From: an uncultured Bacilli bacterium
Lineage (GTDB): Bacteria; Bacillota_I; Bacilli_A; RF39; UBA660
Assembly: GCA_944359625.1 (NCBI GenBank)
Contig: CALVSW010000002.1
Location: 36,332 to 100,331, forward strand
Direction of reading: 5' to 3'
Length of the DNA: 64,000 bases
A program made the translations under genes and the position numbers. Each line of letters starts with the position of its first letter. Position 1 is the stretch's first letter. Of this stretch, positions 27,994-36,962 are shown one piece after another. The notes under the pieces were generated by a model. The model made no database searches, was not told the origin of the DNA, and saw only the letters and a program-made list of their open reading frames with translations.

Positions 27994-28007
27994 CTGTGAA
28001 ACAGCTA
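27991..28007 (+). promoter_or_regulatory. Hairpin spanning the stop codon, immediately 3' of VR1 (candidate DGR target-recognition inverted repeat)
   Basis: TAGCTGT-GAA-ACAGCTA: 7-bp perfect stem with a 3-nt loop, beginning at the TAG stop. Confidence 0.5.
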
Positions 28008-28088
28008 TTTTGCACATTTGCACAGAGAAAAAGAAATTTATAACGTGTATAAATAAAAACTATAGTGAAACAAAAGGGCGAGACGTTT

Positions 28089-28124
28089 GCATCCATCCAC
28101 CACAATAGTTTTGTGGATGGATGC
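28089..28124. repeat. Strong 12-bp-stem hairpin in the intergenic region
   Basis: GCATCCATCCAC...GTGGATGGATGC perfect inverted repeat around a 12-nt loop. No downstream T-tract. Confidence 0.8.
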
Positions 28125-28165
28125 CTAAATTTATCTACAAGTTAAATGAAAGGATTTAAAAGTAT

Positions 28166-28843
28166 ATGGGCTTACATAGATTTGATAATAAAAAAGAATT
28201 AAAGAAATTAGATTTTAAGAATAATAAAGCTAAATATATAAAAATAGGTACTATAAGTATATCTTTTTTGGTAGTAATAATATCGATAATATATTTTACT
28301 TACTCTAAGTTTACTTTAACTGATACATTTAAAACTGCGGAAATAACTGTTGGCGATTTTATTCCTGCAGATTATATATTACATTATTATGTTGATGGAG
28401 TTGCCGTAACAAACGGCCCATCTAGTGGTTATTACAATGTTGAAATAACCTGTGATAATGGTGCTACTGGAACATGGAATGAAGAAGACCGGTCAATATC
28501 AATATCTAATGCTACTAAGTCAATTACTAAATGTGATGTTAAGTTTATTACGCCACCACCAGAAATTATTACTTTATCTTTAGACTCTGCATACACGGAA
28601 CAATTTTATAGTTTTACGCTTAAAGCAAATGGCGATAACATTGTATGGAGTGCTAGTAATTTACCAGATGGTTTAGAAATTGATTCAAATACCGGAATAA
28701 TTTCTGGTACGCCAACTAGGGACTCAGCTGGTACATATTTGATTATTGTAACAGCGACAAATAATTATGGCTCCGATACTAAAGAAATAAGTCTTTCGAT
28801 TGGCAGATACCCAGATGGTGGTTCAACACCAACAAAACCTTAA
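28166..28843 (+). CDS. Membrane-anchored protein with putative Ig (He_PIG/cadherin-like) domain
   Basis: TM (IGTISISFLVVIISIIYF). LPDGLEIDSNTGIISGTPT...AGTYLIIVTATN is typical of the putative-Ig domain. Confidence 0.7.
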   Translation: MGLHRFDNKKELKKLDFKNNKAKYIKIGTISISFLVVIISIIYFTYSKFTLTDTFKTAEITVGDFIPADYILHYYVDGVAVTNGPSSGYYNVEITCDNGATGTWNEEDRSISISNATKSITKCDVKFITPPPEIITLSLDSAYTEQFYSFTLKANGDNIVWSASNLPDGLEIDSNTGIISGTPTRDSAGTYLIIVTATNNYGSDTKEISLSIGRYPDGGSTPTKP

Positions 28844-29061
28844 ATAATCATGATTTAGTAATAGAGTATAAATTGGTTTTAACTTATAAATAATAAAAAA
28901 CATATTATTATTATTATTAATATAAATATTTTGACTTTTTTAGAATAAAATTATTATATATTCTAAAAAATTTTAAGAATATCTATTAGTTTTATTTAAT
29001 ATTTGTTTTTAAGTGGAATTCAAACAATAATTAAATTTTTTTACTATATTTAGTAATCTTG

Positions 29062-29115
29062 TGTTATAATGAGGTTACAGATTTAAGTGGGCAGAATATT
29101 CCCACTTTTATTGTT
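29062..29115 (+). promoter_or_regulatory. Extended -10 promoter and leader terminator-like hairpin upstream of rimP-nusA
   Basis: TGTTATAAT at 29062-29070. AAGTGGG-CAGAATATT-CCCACTT hairpin at 29085-29107, followed by TTTATTGTT, before the rimP RBS. Confidence 0.45.
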
Positions 29116-29136
29116 ATTTAATATATGGAGGTTTAG

Positions 29137-29391
29137 ATGGAAGATAAGTTAGATATTATTAAAGAAAAAATTAAAGAACCTTTAGGTAAGTTAGATATTG
29201 TTGTTAGTGATATTAAGTATCATAGTGAAGGTAAGTATAATTTTTTGACTATTGAGTTAGATAAGATTAGTGGGATAGATTTAGATGAGATAGTAGAAGC
29301 TACTAATGTTATTAATCCTATAATTGATGAAGTTGATTTTATTGATGATTCTTATATATTAGATGTTATTAGTAAGGAAAGAGGTAATTAA
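29137..29391 (+). CDS. rimP: Ribosome maturation factor RimP, short (N-domain only) form
   Basis: Position directly upstream of nusA. The N-terminal RimP-like sequence (…FLTIELDK..GIDLDEIVEATNVINPIID) is only 84 aa, versus about 150 aa typical. Confidence 0.65.
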   Translation: MEDKLDIIKEKIKEPLGKLDIVVSDIKYHSEGKYNFLTIELDKISGIDLDEIVEATNVINPIIDEVDFIDDSYILDVISKERGN

Positions 29392-29392
29392 A

Positions 29393-30505
29393 GTGAATGG
29401 GGAAGAATTTTTAAAAGCTTTAGATAGTATATGTGAAGAAAAGAATATTGATAGAAATTTAGTAATTGAAGCAGTTAAGCAATCACTTGCTACTGCTTAT
29501 AAGAAAAATTATAAGTCGAAGACAAATGTACGTGTTGATTTTGATGAAGATACTGGTAATTTTAAAGTCATGTCTTATTATGTAGTAGTTGATGATTATA
29601 TTGATTCTACTTTTGAATATGATGATGAAGGAAAAGAAATTGAAATACCCCCAGCAATTAATCCTGATGCGCAAATTTTATTAGAAGATGCTAAAAAGAT
29701 GGTACCTGATATTAAAGTTGGAGAAACAATTGAAGTTGAAGTTACACCAAAAGATTTTGGACGTGTAGCCGCAGGTGCTGCTAAACAAGTAGTTACGCAA
29801 AGAATAAGAGAAGCGGAAAAAGAAGCTATTATTAATGAATTTGGTGATAAACAAGATGAATTATTAGTAGGATTACTTGCCATGGAAGATCAAAGAAATT
29901 ATTATATTGATTTAGGTAGAGCTAGAGGTATATTACCTAAGAAAGAAATGATACCTAATGAAGTAGTTAAAATGGGTTCTTCGATTAAAGTATATGTTAC
30001 GAAAGTTGAAGCTGGTAGTAAAGGACCTTTAATTCTTTTATCTAGAAGACATTATGGCTTTGTTAAGAGATTATTTGAATCAGCTATTCCGGAATTTAGT
30101 GATGGTACTTTAATTATGAAAGGTGTTGCTCGTGAAGCTGGTTTAAGAAGTAAAGTAGCAGTTTATTCAACTAATCCTAATATTGATCCAATCGGGTCAT
30201 GTATTGGGGCTAAAGGTACAAGAATAGCTAGTATTTTAAAAGAGTTAAATGGAGAAAAGGTAGATTTAGTTAAATATAGTGAAGATCCTGCTGAATATAT
30301 TAAGAATGCATTATCTCCTGCTAAAGATGTAATCGTATCTATTAAAGATAATGTTAAACATGAAGCTTTAGCGGTTGTTAATAATGATAATTTATCTTTA
30401 GCTATTGGTAAAAAAGGTATTAATATTAAATTAGCTTCTAAATTAACTAAGTATAAGATAGAAGTTAAAACTATGGAAGAAATAGAAAAAGAAGGAAATA
30501 AGTAA
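29393..30505 (+). CDS. nusA: Transcription termination/antitermination factor NusA
   Basis: GTG start after AGGAAAGAGG. S1 and tandem KH motifs (GSCIGAKGTRI, AIGKKGINIKLA). Confidence 0.95.
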   Translation: MNGEEFLKALDSICEEKNIDRNLVIEAVKQSLATAYKKNYKSKTNVRVDFDEDTGNFKVMSYYVVVDDYIDSTFEYDDEGKEIEIPPAINPDAQILLEDAKKMVPDIKVGETIEVEVTPKDFGRVAAGAAKQVVTQRIREAEKEAIINEFGDKQDELLVGLLAMEDQRNYYIDLGRARGILPKKEMIPNEVVKMGSSIKVYVTKVEAGSKGPLILLSRRHYGFVKRLFESAIPEFSDGTLIMKGVAREAGLRSKVAVYSTNPNIDPIGSCIGAKGTRIASILKELNGEKVDLVKYSEDPAEYIKNALSPAKDVIVSIKDNVKHEALAVVNNDNLSLAIGKKGINIKLASKLTKYKIEVKTMEEIEKEGNK

Positions 30506-30756
30506 TGAAAAAGATTCCGATGCGTACTTGTGTTGTAACTCATACTAAGGTGGATAAAAGAGATTTACTTAGAATAGTAAGAACTAAAGAAGGTAATGTT
30601 TTAGTAGATATAACAGGTAAATTAAATGGTAAAGGTGCATATATATTAAAAGATTTAACTGTGTTAGAAAAAGCTAAAAAAAGTAAAGCATTAGAAAGAG
30701 CTTTAGGAGTAGAAATAAGTGCTGAGGTTTATAGTGAAATAGAAAAAAATATATAG
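30505..30756 (+). CDS. ylxR: YlxR/RnpM family (DUF448) RNA-binding protein
   Basis: IPMRTCVVTHTKVDKRDLLRIV and GKGAYI motifs; located between nusA and infB. Confidence 0.85.
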   Translation: MKKIPMRTCVVTHTKVDKRDLLRIVRTKEGNVLVDITGKLNGKGAYILKDLTVLEKAKKSKALERALGVEISAEVYSEIEKNI

Positions 30757-30773
30757 GAAAGAGGGTTATTTAT

Positions 30774-32885
30774 ATGAAAGTATATGAATATGCTAATGAT
30801 ACAAATCATTCAATTGCAGAAATATTAAAGAAGTGTGAAGAACTAGGTATTAATGTTAAAGATAAAGATAGTATTTTATCTGATGATGATATTATTATTT
30901 TAGATAATACTATTAATTTAATATCTACTGCTAATGATACAACATTAGAAGAAGATGATGTTATTGATGAAGCAGTTGAAGATATATTAGAATCTACTAA
31001 TATAAGCAAGAATTTAAATAATTTTGCTAAGAAGCAAAAGTTAAAAAAGAAACAAGAGTTAGCAGCATCTAAAAGTGAATTTTTATCTAAGAAAAAAGAA
31101 ATGTATAAAAATAAAACTAAATTAAAAAAGAATAAAGTAGAAGATAATGTTGTTTTATATCATGATAATATGACTGTTAAAGAATTTAGTGAAGTATTAG
31201 GAGTAAGTGGAGCCTCTTTAATTACCAAGTTAATGAGTTTAGGGGTTATGTGTAATTTAAATATGTCTATTGATTATGAAACGGCATCTTTAATAGCTTT
31301 AGAATATAAGAAAGTATTAAAAAAAGATACTACGCAAGATATTACTAATTTCGAAGAATATGAAATTACTGATGCTGCTGAAGATTTAGTACCACGTCCT
31401 CCAGTAGTAACTATTATGGGCCATGTCGATCATGGCAAAACTACTCTTTTAGATAAATTAAGACACTCAAGAGTAGTTGATACTGAAGCTGGTGGTATTA
31501 CTCAGGCAATCGGTGCTTATCAAATTGAACATGATGGTAAAAAAATCACTTTTATTGATACTCCAGGCCATGCCGCATTTACCGAAATGCGTGCTAGAGG
31601 TACTAGTGTTACGGATATTGTTATAATTATTGTAGCAGCTGATGATGGGGTTATGCCACAAACTAAGGAAGCAATTGATCATGCCCTAGCAGCAAATGTT
31701 CCCGTAATTGTAGCTATAAATAAGATTGATAAACCAGATGCTAAACCAGATAAAATAATGGAAGAAATGGCTGCTTTAAATATTACTCCAGAGGCATGGG
31801 GTGGTAAATATCCGTTTGTTAAGATTTCGGCTATTACTGGTGAAGGTATAGATGAATTATTAGAAACAATTACTTTAACTAGTGAAATATTAGATTTAAA
31901 AGCTAATCCTAATCGTTATGCTGTTGGTTCTGTTATTGAATCTAAATTAGATAAACATATTGGTGGAGTTGCTACGCTTTTAATTCAAAATGGTACTTTA
32001 CGTATTGGGGATCCAGTAGTTATTGGTACTATATATGGTAAAGTAAGAACGATGAAAAATGATTTAGGTGTTGATATTGTCGAAGCAGGTCCATCAACTC
32101 CAGTTGAAATTACTGGCTTACAAGGTAATCCTAAAGCTGGTGATAAGTTTATGAGTTTTGAAACTGAAAGTATGGCTAAGGATGTAGCAGCTAAACGTTT
32201 AGAACAAGAAAAAGATCAAAAGTTTAAGAAAGAAGCTTTATCTTTAGATTCTTTATTTAATGCAATTGATTCTGGTATAAAAGAAATTAATGTTGTTTTA
32301 AAAACTGATGTAAGAGGCTCTGAAGAAGCTGTTAAAAGTGCTTTACAAAAGATTGATGTTGAAGGGGTTAAAGTAAAAGTAATTCGTAGTGATATAGGAA
32401 CTATTAGTGAATCAGATGTTGTTTTAGCTAATGCTTCTAATGCGATAATTATTGGATTTAATGTATCACCTTCATCTAGAACTAAGGAAATTGCTAAAGA
32501 ATATGGTGTTGAAATTAGATTATATAATATTATTTATAAAGTAATTGAAGATATTGAAGCTGCTATGAAAGGTATGTTAGATCCTGAATTTGAAGAACAA
32601 TCGTTAGGTACAGCCGAAGTACGTAAAATATTTACTTTTTCTAAAGTTGGTAAGATTGCTGGTTCTTATGTAACAAGTGGTGTTATTAAAAATCATGCTA
32701 ATATAAGAGTAGTTCGTGATGGTATTGTTATTCATGATGGTAAAATAGCTGGTTTACAAAGAGGAAAGGATTCTGTTAAAGAAGTTAAAAAAGGTTATGA
32801 ATGTGGTATTACTTTAGAATCTTATAGTGATTTTAAAGAACAAGATATCTTAGAATGTTATGAAATAGTAGAGGTAAAAAGATGA
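30774..32885 (+). CDS. infB: Translation initiation factor IF-2
   Basis: [27 protein letters not shown] and NKIDK G-domain motifs; conserved C-terminal domains. Confidence 0.95.
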   Translation: MKVYEYANDTNHSIAEILKKCEELGINVKDKDSILSDDDIIILDNTINLISTANDTTLEEDDVIDEAVEDILESTNISKNLNNFAKKQKLKKKQELAASKSEFLSKKKEMYKNKTKLKKNKVEDNVVLYHDNMTVKEFSEVLGVSGASLITKLMSLGVMCNLNMSIDYETASLIALEYKKVLKKDTTQDITNFEEYEITDAAEDLVPRPPVVTIMGHVDHGKTTLLDKLRHSRVVDTEAGGITQAIGAYQIEHDGKKITFIDTPGHAAFTEMRARGTSVTDIVIIIVAADDGVMPQTKEAIDHALAANVPVIVAINKIDKPDAKPDKIMEEMAALNITPEAWGGKYPFVKISAITGEGIDELLETITLTSEILDLKANPNRYAVGSVIESKLDKHIGGVATLLIQNGTLRIGDPVVIGTIYGKVRTMKNDLGVDIVEAGPSTPVEITGLQGNPKAGDKFMSFETESMAKDVAAKRLEQEKDQKFKKEALSLDSLFNAIDSGIKEINVVLKTDVRGSEEAVKSALQKIDVEGVKVKVIRSDIGTISESDVVLANASNAIIIGFNVSPSSRTKEIAKEYGVEIRLYNIIYKVIEDIEAAMKGMLDPEFEEQSLGTAEVRKIFTFSKVGKIAGSYVTSGVIKNHANIRVVRDGIVIHDGKIAGLQRGKDSVKEVKKGYECGITLESYSDFKEQDILECYEIVEVKR

Positions 32886-33229
32886 ATATTATAAAACAAA
32901 GAAGAATATCTAGTGATATTAATAAAGCTTTATGTGAAATAATTAATGAAGAAAGTCATGATGATTTATTAAAGAATATTACTATTACTGGTTGTGAAGT
33001 TACTAATGATTTGTCTTTTTGTCGTGTCTATTTTACTTCTTTAAATGATACTAATAAAAAAGAATTAGTTAGAGAATTAAATGATAATACTGCTGATTAT
33101 TTAAGAGGTAGATTAGCTGATAAAATAGATATTAGACATACTCCTAAATTATTATTTAAATATGATGAATCAATTGAATATGGTAATAATATTGAAAATA
33201 TTATTAGAGAAATTCATAAGAAAGATTAA
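32882..33229 (+). CDS. rbfA: Ribosome-binding factor A
   Basis: 115 aa. ATGA overlap with infB; ITITGCEVTNDLSFCRVYF motif. Confidence 0.9.
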   Translation: MNIIKQRRISSDINKALCEIINEESHDDLLKNITITGCEVTNDLSFCRVYFTSLNDTNKKELVRELNDNTADYLRGRLADKIDIRHTPKLLFKYDESIEYGNNIENIIREIHKKD

Positions 33230-33231
33230 TA

Positions 33232-34074
33232 ATGATATTAAGTGTTTATAAAGAAAGTAATATGACAAGTAGAGATATTTGTAATATTATTTCTAAACAT
33301 TTTAAAACGAAGAAAGTAGGTCATACAGGAACATTAGATCCTTTAGCATGTGGCCTACTTATTGTATGTACAAATAAAGATACTAAGTTAGTAGATATTT
33401 TAACAGCTAAAAAGAAAGAATATATTGCTACTATTAAACTAGGTATAAAAACAGATACTTTAGATATTACTGGCAATATTATTGAAAAAAAAGATTATAA
33501 TTTTACTAAAGAAGAACTTATAAATGTTTTAAATAGTTTTTTAGGTAAAAGTAAACAAGAAGTACCTTTATATTCAGCTGTAAAAATAAATGGTAGAAAA
33601 TTATATGAGTATGCCAGAAATAATATTAATATAGAATTACCAGTTAGAGATATTGAAATATATAATATTGAGTTATTAGAATATAAAAAAGATTTAATTA
33701 CTTTTAAAGTAGAAGTTTCTAAGGGTACTTATATTAGAAGTTTAATTAATGATATATGTACTAAATTAAATACTGTAGGAGTAATGAGTTATTTATTAAG
33801 AACTAAACAAGGAGATTTTTTAGTAGATAATTCTAATAAATTAGATGATATATTAAATGATAATTATAAAGTAATTACTTATGAAGAAGTATTTAAAAAT
33901 TATCCTACTATTAATTTAAATGAAGAAGAGTATTATAAAGTAATTAATGGGGTTAAGATGAATTTTAATATTAAAGATGATATTATTGCTTTAAAATATA
34001 GTAATAAGTATATAGCTTTATATAAATATAATGATGGGTTATATAAAATGTATAAGTACTTATTGACGAATTAA
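33232..34074 (+). CDS. truB: tRNA pseudouridine(55) synthase
   Basis: KVGHTGTLDPLACGLLIV catalytic-Asp motif; GTYIRSL. Confidence 0.9.
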   Translation: MILSVYKESNMTSRDICNIISKHFKTKKVGHTGTLDPLACGLLIVCTNKDTKLVDILTAKKKEYIATIKLGIKTDTLDITGNIIEKKDYNFTKEELINVLNSFLGKSKQEVPLYSAVKINGRKLYEYARNNINIELPVRDIEIYNIELLEYKKDLITFKVEVSKGTYIRSLINDICTKLNTVGVMSYLLRTKQGDFLVDNSNKLDDILNDNYKVITYEEVFKNYPTINLNEEEYYKVINGVKMNFNIKDDIIALKYSNKYIALYKYNDGLYKMYKYLLTN

Positions 34075-34183
34075 TTTTATTTGTGATAAAATACTATTGC
34101 TTCGGGAGAAATCCTGTAGAAAATCCGCTTACTTTTATTTAGTAAAGATTTTTAGTGAATATTAACATAGAAAGGATTTTATT

Positions 34184-34525
34184 ATGACAAATTTAGTTGA
34201 CAAAGTTAATGCAAAACATGTAAGAAATGATTTACCTGAAATTCGTGTTGGCTATACTGTTAGAGTTAATGTTTGGGTAAAAGAAGGTAAAAAAGAACGT
34301 ATTCAAGCTTTTGAAGGATTAGTAATTGGTAAAAAGGGTGGAAGCGTTTCTGAAACTATTGCAGTTCGTAAAAAATCTGGTAGTGTTGGTGTAACAAGAA
34401 TATTCCCTGTTAATGCCCCTACTATTGATTCAATTGAAGTTATTAAAAAGGGTAAAGTACGCCGTGCTAAACTTAACTTTATTGCGAATATGCGTGGTGA
34501 ATATAAAGTTAAAGAAGGAAAATAA
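34184..34525 (+). CDS. rplS: 50S ribosomal protein L19
   Basis: PEIRVGYTVRV, ERIQAFEGLVI, and RRAKLNF at the tail. Confidence 0.95.
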   Translation: MTNLVDKVNAKHVRNDLPEIRVGYTVRVNVWVKEGKKERIQAFEGLVIGKKGGSVSETIAVRKKSGSVGVTRIFPVNAPTIDSIEVIKKGKVRRAKLNFIANMRGEYKVKEGK

Positions 34526-34550
34526 GTTAAGTTTATCTTAACTTTTTTTA
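34524..34550 (+). terminator. Rho-independent terminator after rplS
   Basis: AAGTTAAG-TTTAT-CTTAACTT followed by TTTTT. Confidence 0.8.
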
Positions 34551-34563
34551 ATATGGGGGATTT

Positions 34564-36063
34564 ATGGATAAAGAATTAAAAAATTATTTAAGAAATAAAA
34601 TAAGAAATCATAAAAAGGCTTTACAAACTTTTATTAAAAAAACGGCTAATTTAAAAGATTTTCATGATAGAGGTATTTATGATACGACAAATGATAGTAT
34701 TTGTATTTTAAAATTTGCTAATAGTGTTGAAAAGATGTCTATGAAGGAAATGATAGCATTGTATGAACAAACAAAAAAAGAATTAGTGGTTATAGAAAAT
34801 TTAGAAGCAGTGTTATTAAATGAAGTAGATACTAAAATATTAGATTGGCGTTTTTTATTAATATGTTTATTAAGTATTAAAAATAATGAAACGGTAACTA
34901 AAAATCTTATTGGTTTAATTATTAATATTGTAAGAAAGGATAATAAAGACTATCTTTTAAATGACGATATCTTTCATCAACAAGAAAAAATGATGTATGC
35001 AACTCTTACAAGTGATACGATGCTTATTGTTACTGATGCTTTTATTAATATCTTGTCTAATATGGTAGTTGCGTATATTAAGGAGTATCCTAATGTATAT
35101 CGAAGTATCTATCAAGATGAATTCTTAATGGATTTAAACAATATAAATATCGTATTAACTAATAAATTATTAAGAGCTATTTCTTTTTCAACTAATGAAC
35201 ATGTAATTAAAGAAGAAAAAAAAGATAGTTGTAATGAGGTTGTTACTGATATTAAAAAAGTCTTAGAAGATGAATTTAAAAAGTATAGTAATTCTTTTAC
35301 AAGTATTGATGCTGTAAATTCTTTTATAAGTTATTTAAGAACTTTAACTAATGATGAATTATTAATTAGTACATATGAGGAAAAGGTATTAAAGAAGTAT
35401 CAAAGTTTTATAGAAGAACAAAAAGAAATAGTATTAAAAGAAGTATATAAAGAGGATTATCATGTTATTAAAGATTGTAAATCTTTAAATATACCTGAAA
35501 TAAATTCTTTAATACATGATATTTATATTATGGCTGATATGTATTTAGATAGTAGTAAAGAAGATAAATTATATTTATTAGAAGAATTTAATAAGTATAT
35601 GGTTAATTTAAAATTATTATTTAGTAAATATACTAAAAAAGAAGAAAAAAATATTTCTAAAGTAATTTATTATACTTATAAAGATCAAGTTGTAGTTTAT
35701 GAACAATTATTATCTTTAAGAAAAGATACTTATTTAGATTATTTTAATAATATTAATAAAATTATTAATAATAATTTACGTAGTTTCGAATTATTCGGTA
35801 GTAATTATAATGAACCAGTTTATCATTTAGGAAGGGATAATAAAGTATTTTATACTTTTGTTAATGATATACCAATTATCATTTGTTTAGGAAGTTTTAA
35901 TGATGCTCTAAGAATAGTTAGTTCTAAAGAATTTAAAGAGTTTGTAGATAATGTAAAAAATAATATTAATTTATATTTAGAAAATAATGATGATCATGAT
36001 AAAGTTATAGAATTATTAAGTAATTCTAAGATGGTAAGTCGTAAGTTAAAAGGAAGTAAATAA
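34564..36063 (+). CDS. Hypothetical protein (paralog pair, long member)
   Basis: 499-aa ORF. Its N-terminus MDKELKNYL... parallels that of the next ORF. No recognised domain. Confidence 0.6.
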   Translation: MDKELKNYLRNKIRNHKKALQTFIKKTANLKDFHDRGIYDTTNDSICILKFANSVEKMSMKEMIALYEQTKKELVVIENLEAVLLNEVDTKILDWRFLLICLLSIKNNETVTKNLIGLIINIVRKDNKDYLLNDDIFHQQEKMMYATLTSDTMLIVTDAFINILSNMVVAYIKEYPNVYRSIYQDEFLMDLNNINIVLTNKLLRAISFSTNEHVIKEEKKDSCNEVVTDIKKVLEDEFKKYSNSFTSIDAVNSFISYLRTLTNDELLISTYEEKVLKKYQSFIEEQKEIVLKEVYKEDYHVIKDCKSLNIPEINSLIHDIYIMADMYLDSSKEDKLYLLEEFNKYMVNLKLLFSKYTKKEEKNISKVIYYTYKDQVVVYEQLLSLRKDTYLDYFNNINKIINNNLRSFELFGSNYNEPVYHLGRDNKVFYTFVNDIPIIICLGSFNDALRIVSSKEFKEFVDNVKNNINLYLENNDDHDKVIELLSNSKMVSRKLKGSK

Positions 36064-36962
36064 TGAATAAAGAATTAAAATCATATTTAGAAGAAGAAAT
36101 TGATAAAATACTTAAAGATTTTAGAATAAGACTTAATAAGTTATTAGAAATTAAGGATAAACTTTATAATTCTGGTATTGATATCAATACGCCTACCTAC
36201 TTAGGTACTATTTCAAAGTATCAGGGAGAAGAGATGAAAGACATTTTTTCTTATATTAATATTAGAGATATTTATGAAGAAAATAGAACAGTGATGTTCG
36301 ATTTAATGGAGATACATGAATGTATAAAAAATGATTATCGAGATTATCCATTAAATGATATTCGTTTTTTCATGATTGCTTTATTTTCTTTTCCTTTATC
36401 CGATACTCAATATCAAGAATTTTTAAAGTATATCTTATCTTTAATCAGTAATCATGCTATTTGGCACGTAAATATGTTTCGTCAAAATTATGTAATAGAA
36501 AGGAAATTAGCTAGTTTAATTCAATTTCATACTTCTGTTGATGATGAATATGCTTTTGTTACCTATGTAAAAGATTGGGTATTATCTCTTTTTAAAGAAT
36601 TTCCTTATGTTTTAGATGGCGATATAGTAAGAAAGTATTTTTATGATAATAAAAGATTACTTATAAATATAATGAAACTACAACGTAATCAAGAATATTA
36701 TTTAAACGATAATACTGATTTAAGACCGCTAAATTATGTCTTACCTCCATTAGTAGCTAAATCTATCGAAGAAAAATTTAAATATAAAAATTTTAAAAAT
36801 AAAGGGGATATCGATGAATTTATGAACGAAATTTACATGAACACGGATGATCCATTAATCATTCAAATCTATGAAGCAAGATGTTATCAAAAATGGAATA
36901 AAAATAAGAGTTTAGTGAAAAAATTACAAACTAATTGGATGAAAGGAAGTAGTAACTCATGA
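36063..36962 (+). CDS. Hypothetical protein (paralog pair, short member)
   Basis: 299-aa ORF. Its start shares one nt with the upstream stop; N-terminus MNKELKSYL.... It overlaps the miaB start by 4 nt. Confidence 0.6.
   Translation: MNKELKSYLEEEIDKILKDFRIRLNKLLEIKDKLYNSGIDINTPTYLGTISKYQGEEMKDIFSYINIRDIYEENRTVMFDLMEIHECIKNDYRDYPLNDIRFFMIALFSFPLSDTQYQEFLKYILSLISNHAIWHVNMFRQNYVIERKLASLIQFHTSVDDEYAFVTYVKDWVLSLFKEFPYVLDGDIVRKYFYDNKRLLINIMKLQRNQEYYLNDNTDLRPLNYVLPPLVAKSIEEKFKYKNFKNKGDIDEFMNEIYMNTDDPLIIQIYEARCYQKWNKNKSLVKKLQTNWMKGSSNS

Noticed and set aside
27802-28108. ORFs 27802-28023 (-) and 27806-28108 (+) overlapping the end of the 566-aa gene.
   Set aside because: They are artefacts of the stop-codon-poor GC-rich VR segment. 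Their sequences are Ala/Arg/Ser-rich, with no start context. The frame carrying the FGE/CLec motifs is clearly the real one.
29483-31682. Minus-strand ORFs inside nusA and infB (29483-29674, 29596-29883, 30163-30543, 30806-31009, 31467-31682).
   Set aside because: They are antisense to strongly conserved essential genes and have repetitive, low-complexity translations. They are typical shadow ORFs.
34075-34183. Possible L19 (rplS) autoregulatory leader RNA in the 110-nt region upstream of rplS.
   Set aside because: Position and length are compatible, but I could not find convincing helices or the consensus by eye. It is left for a covariance-model scan.
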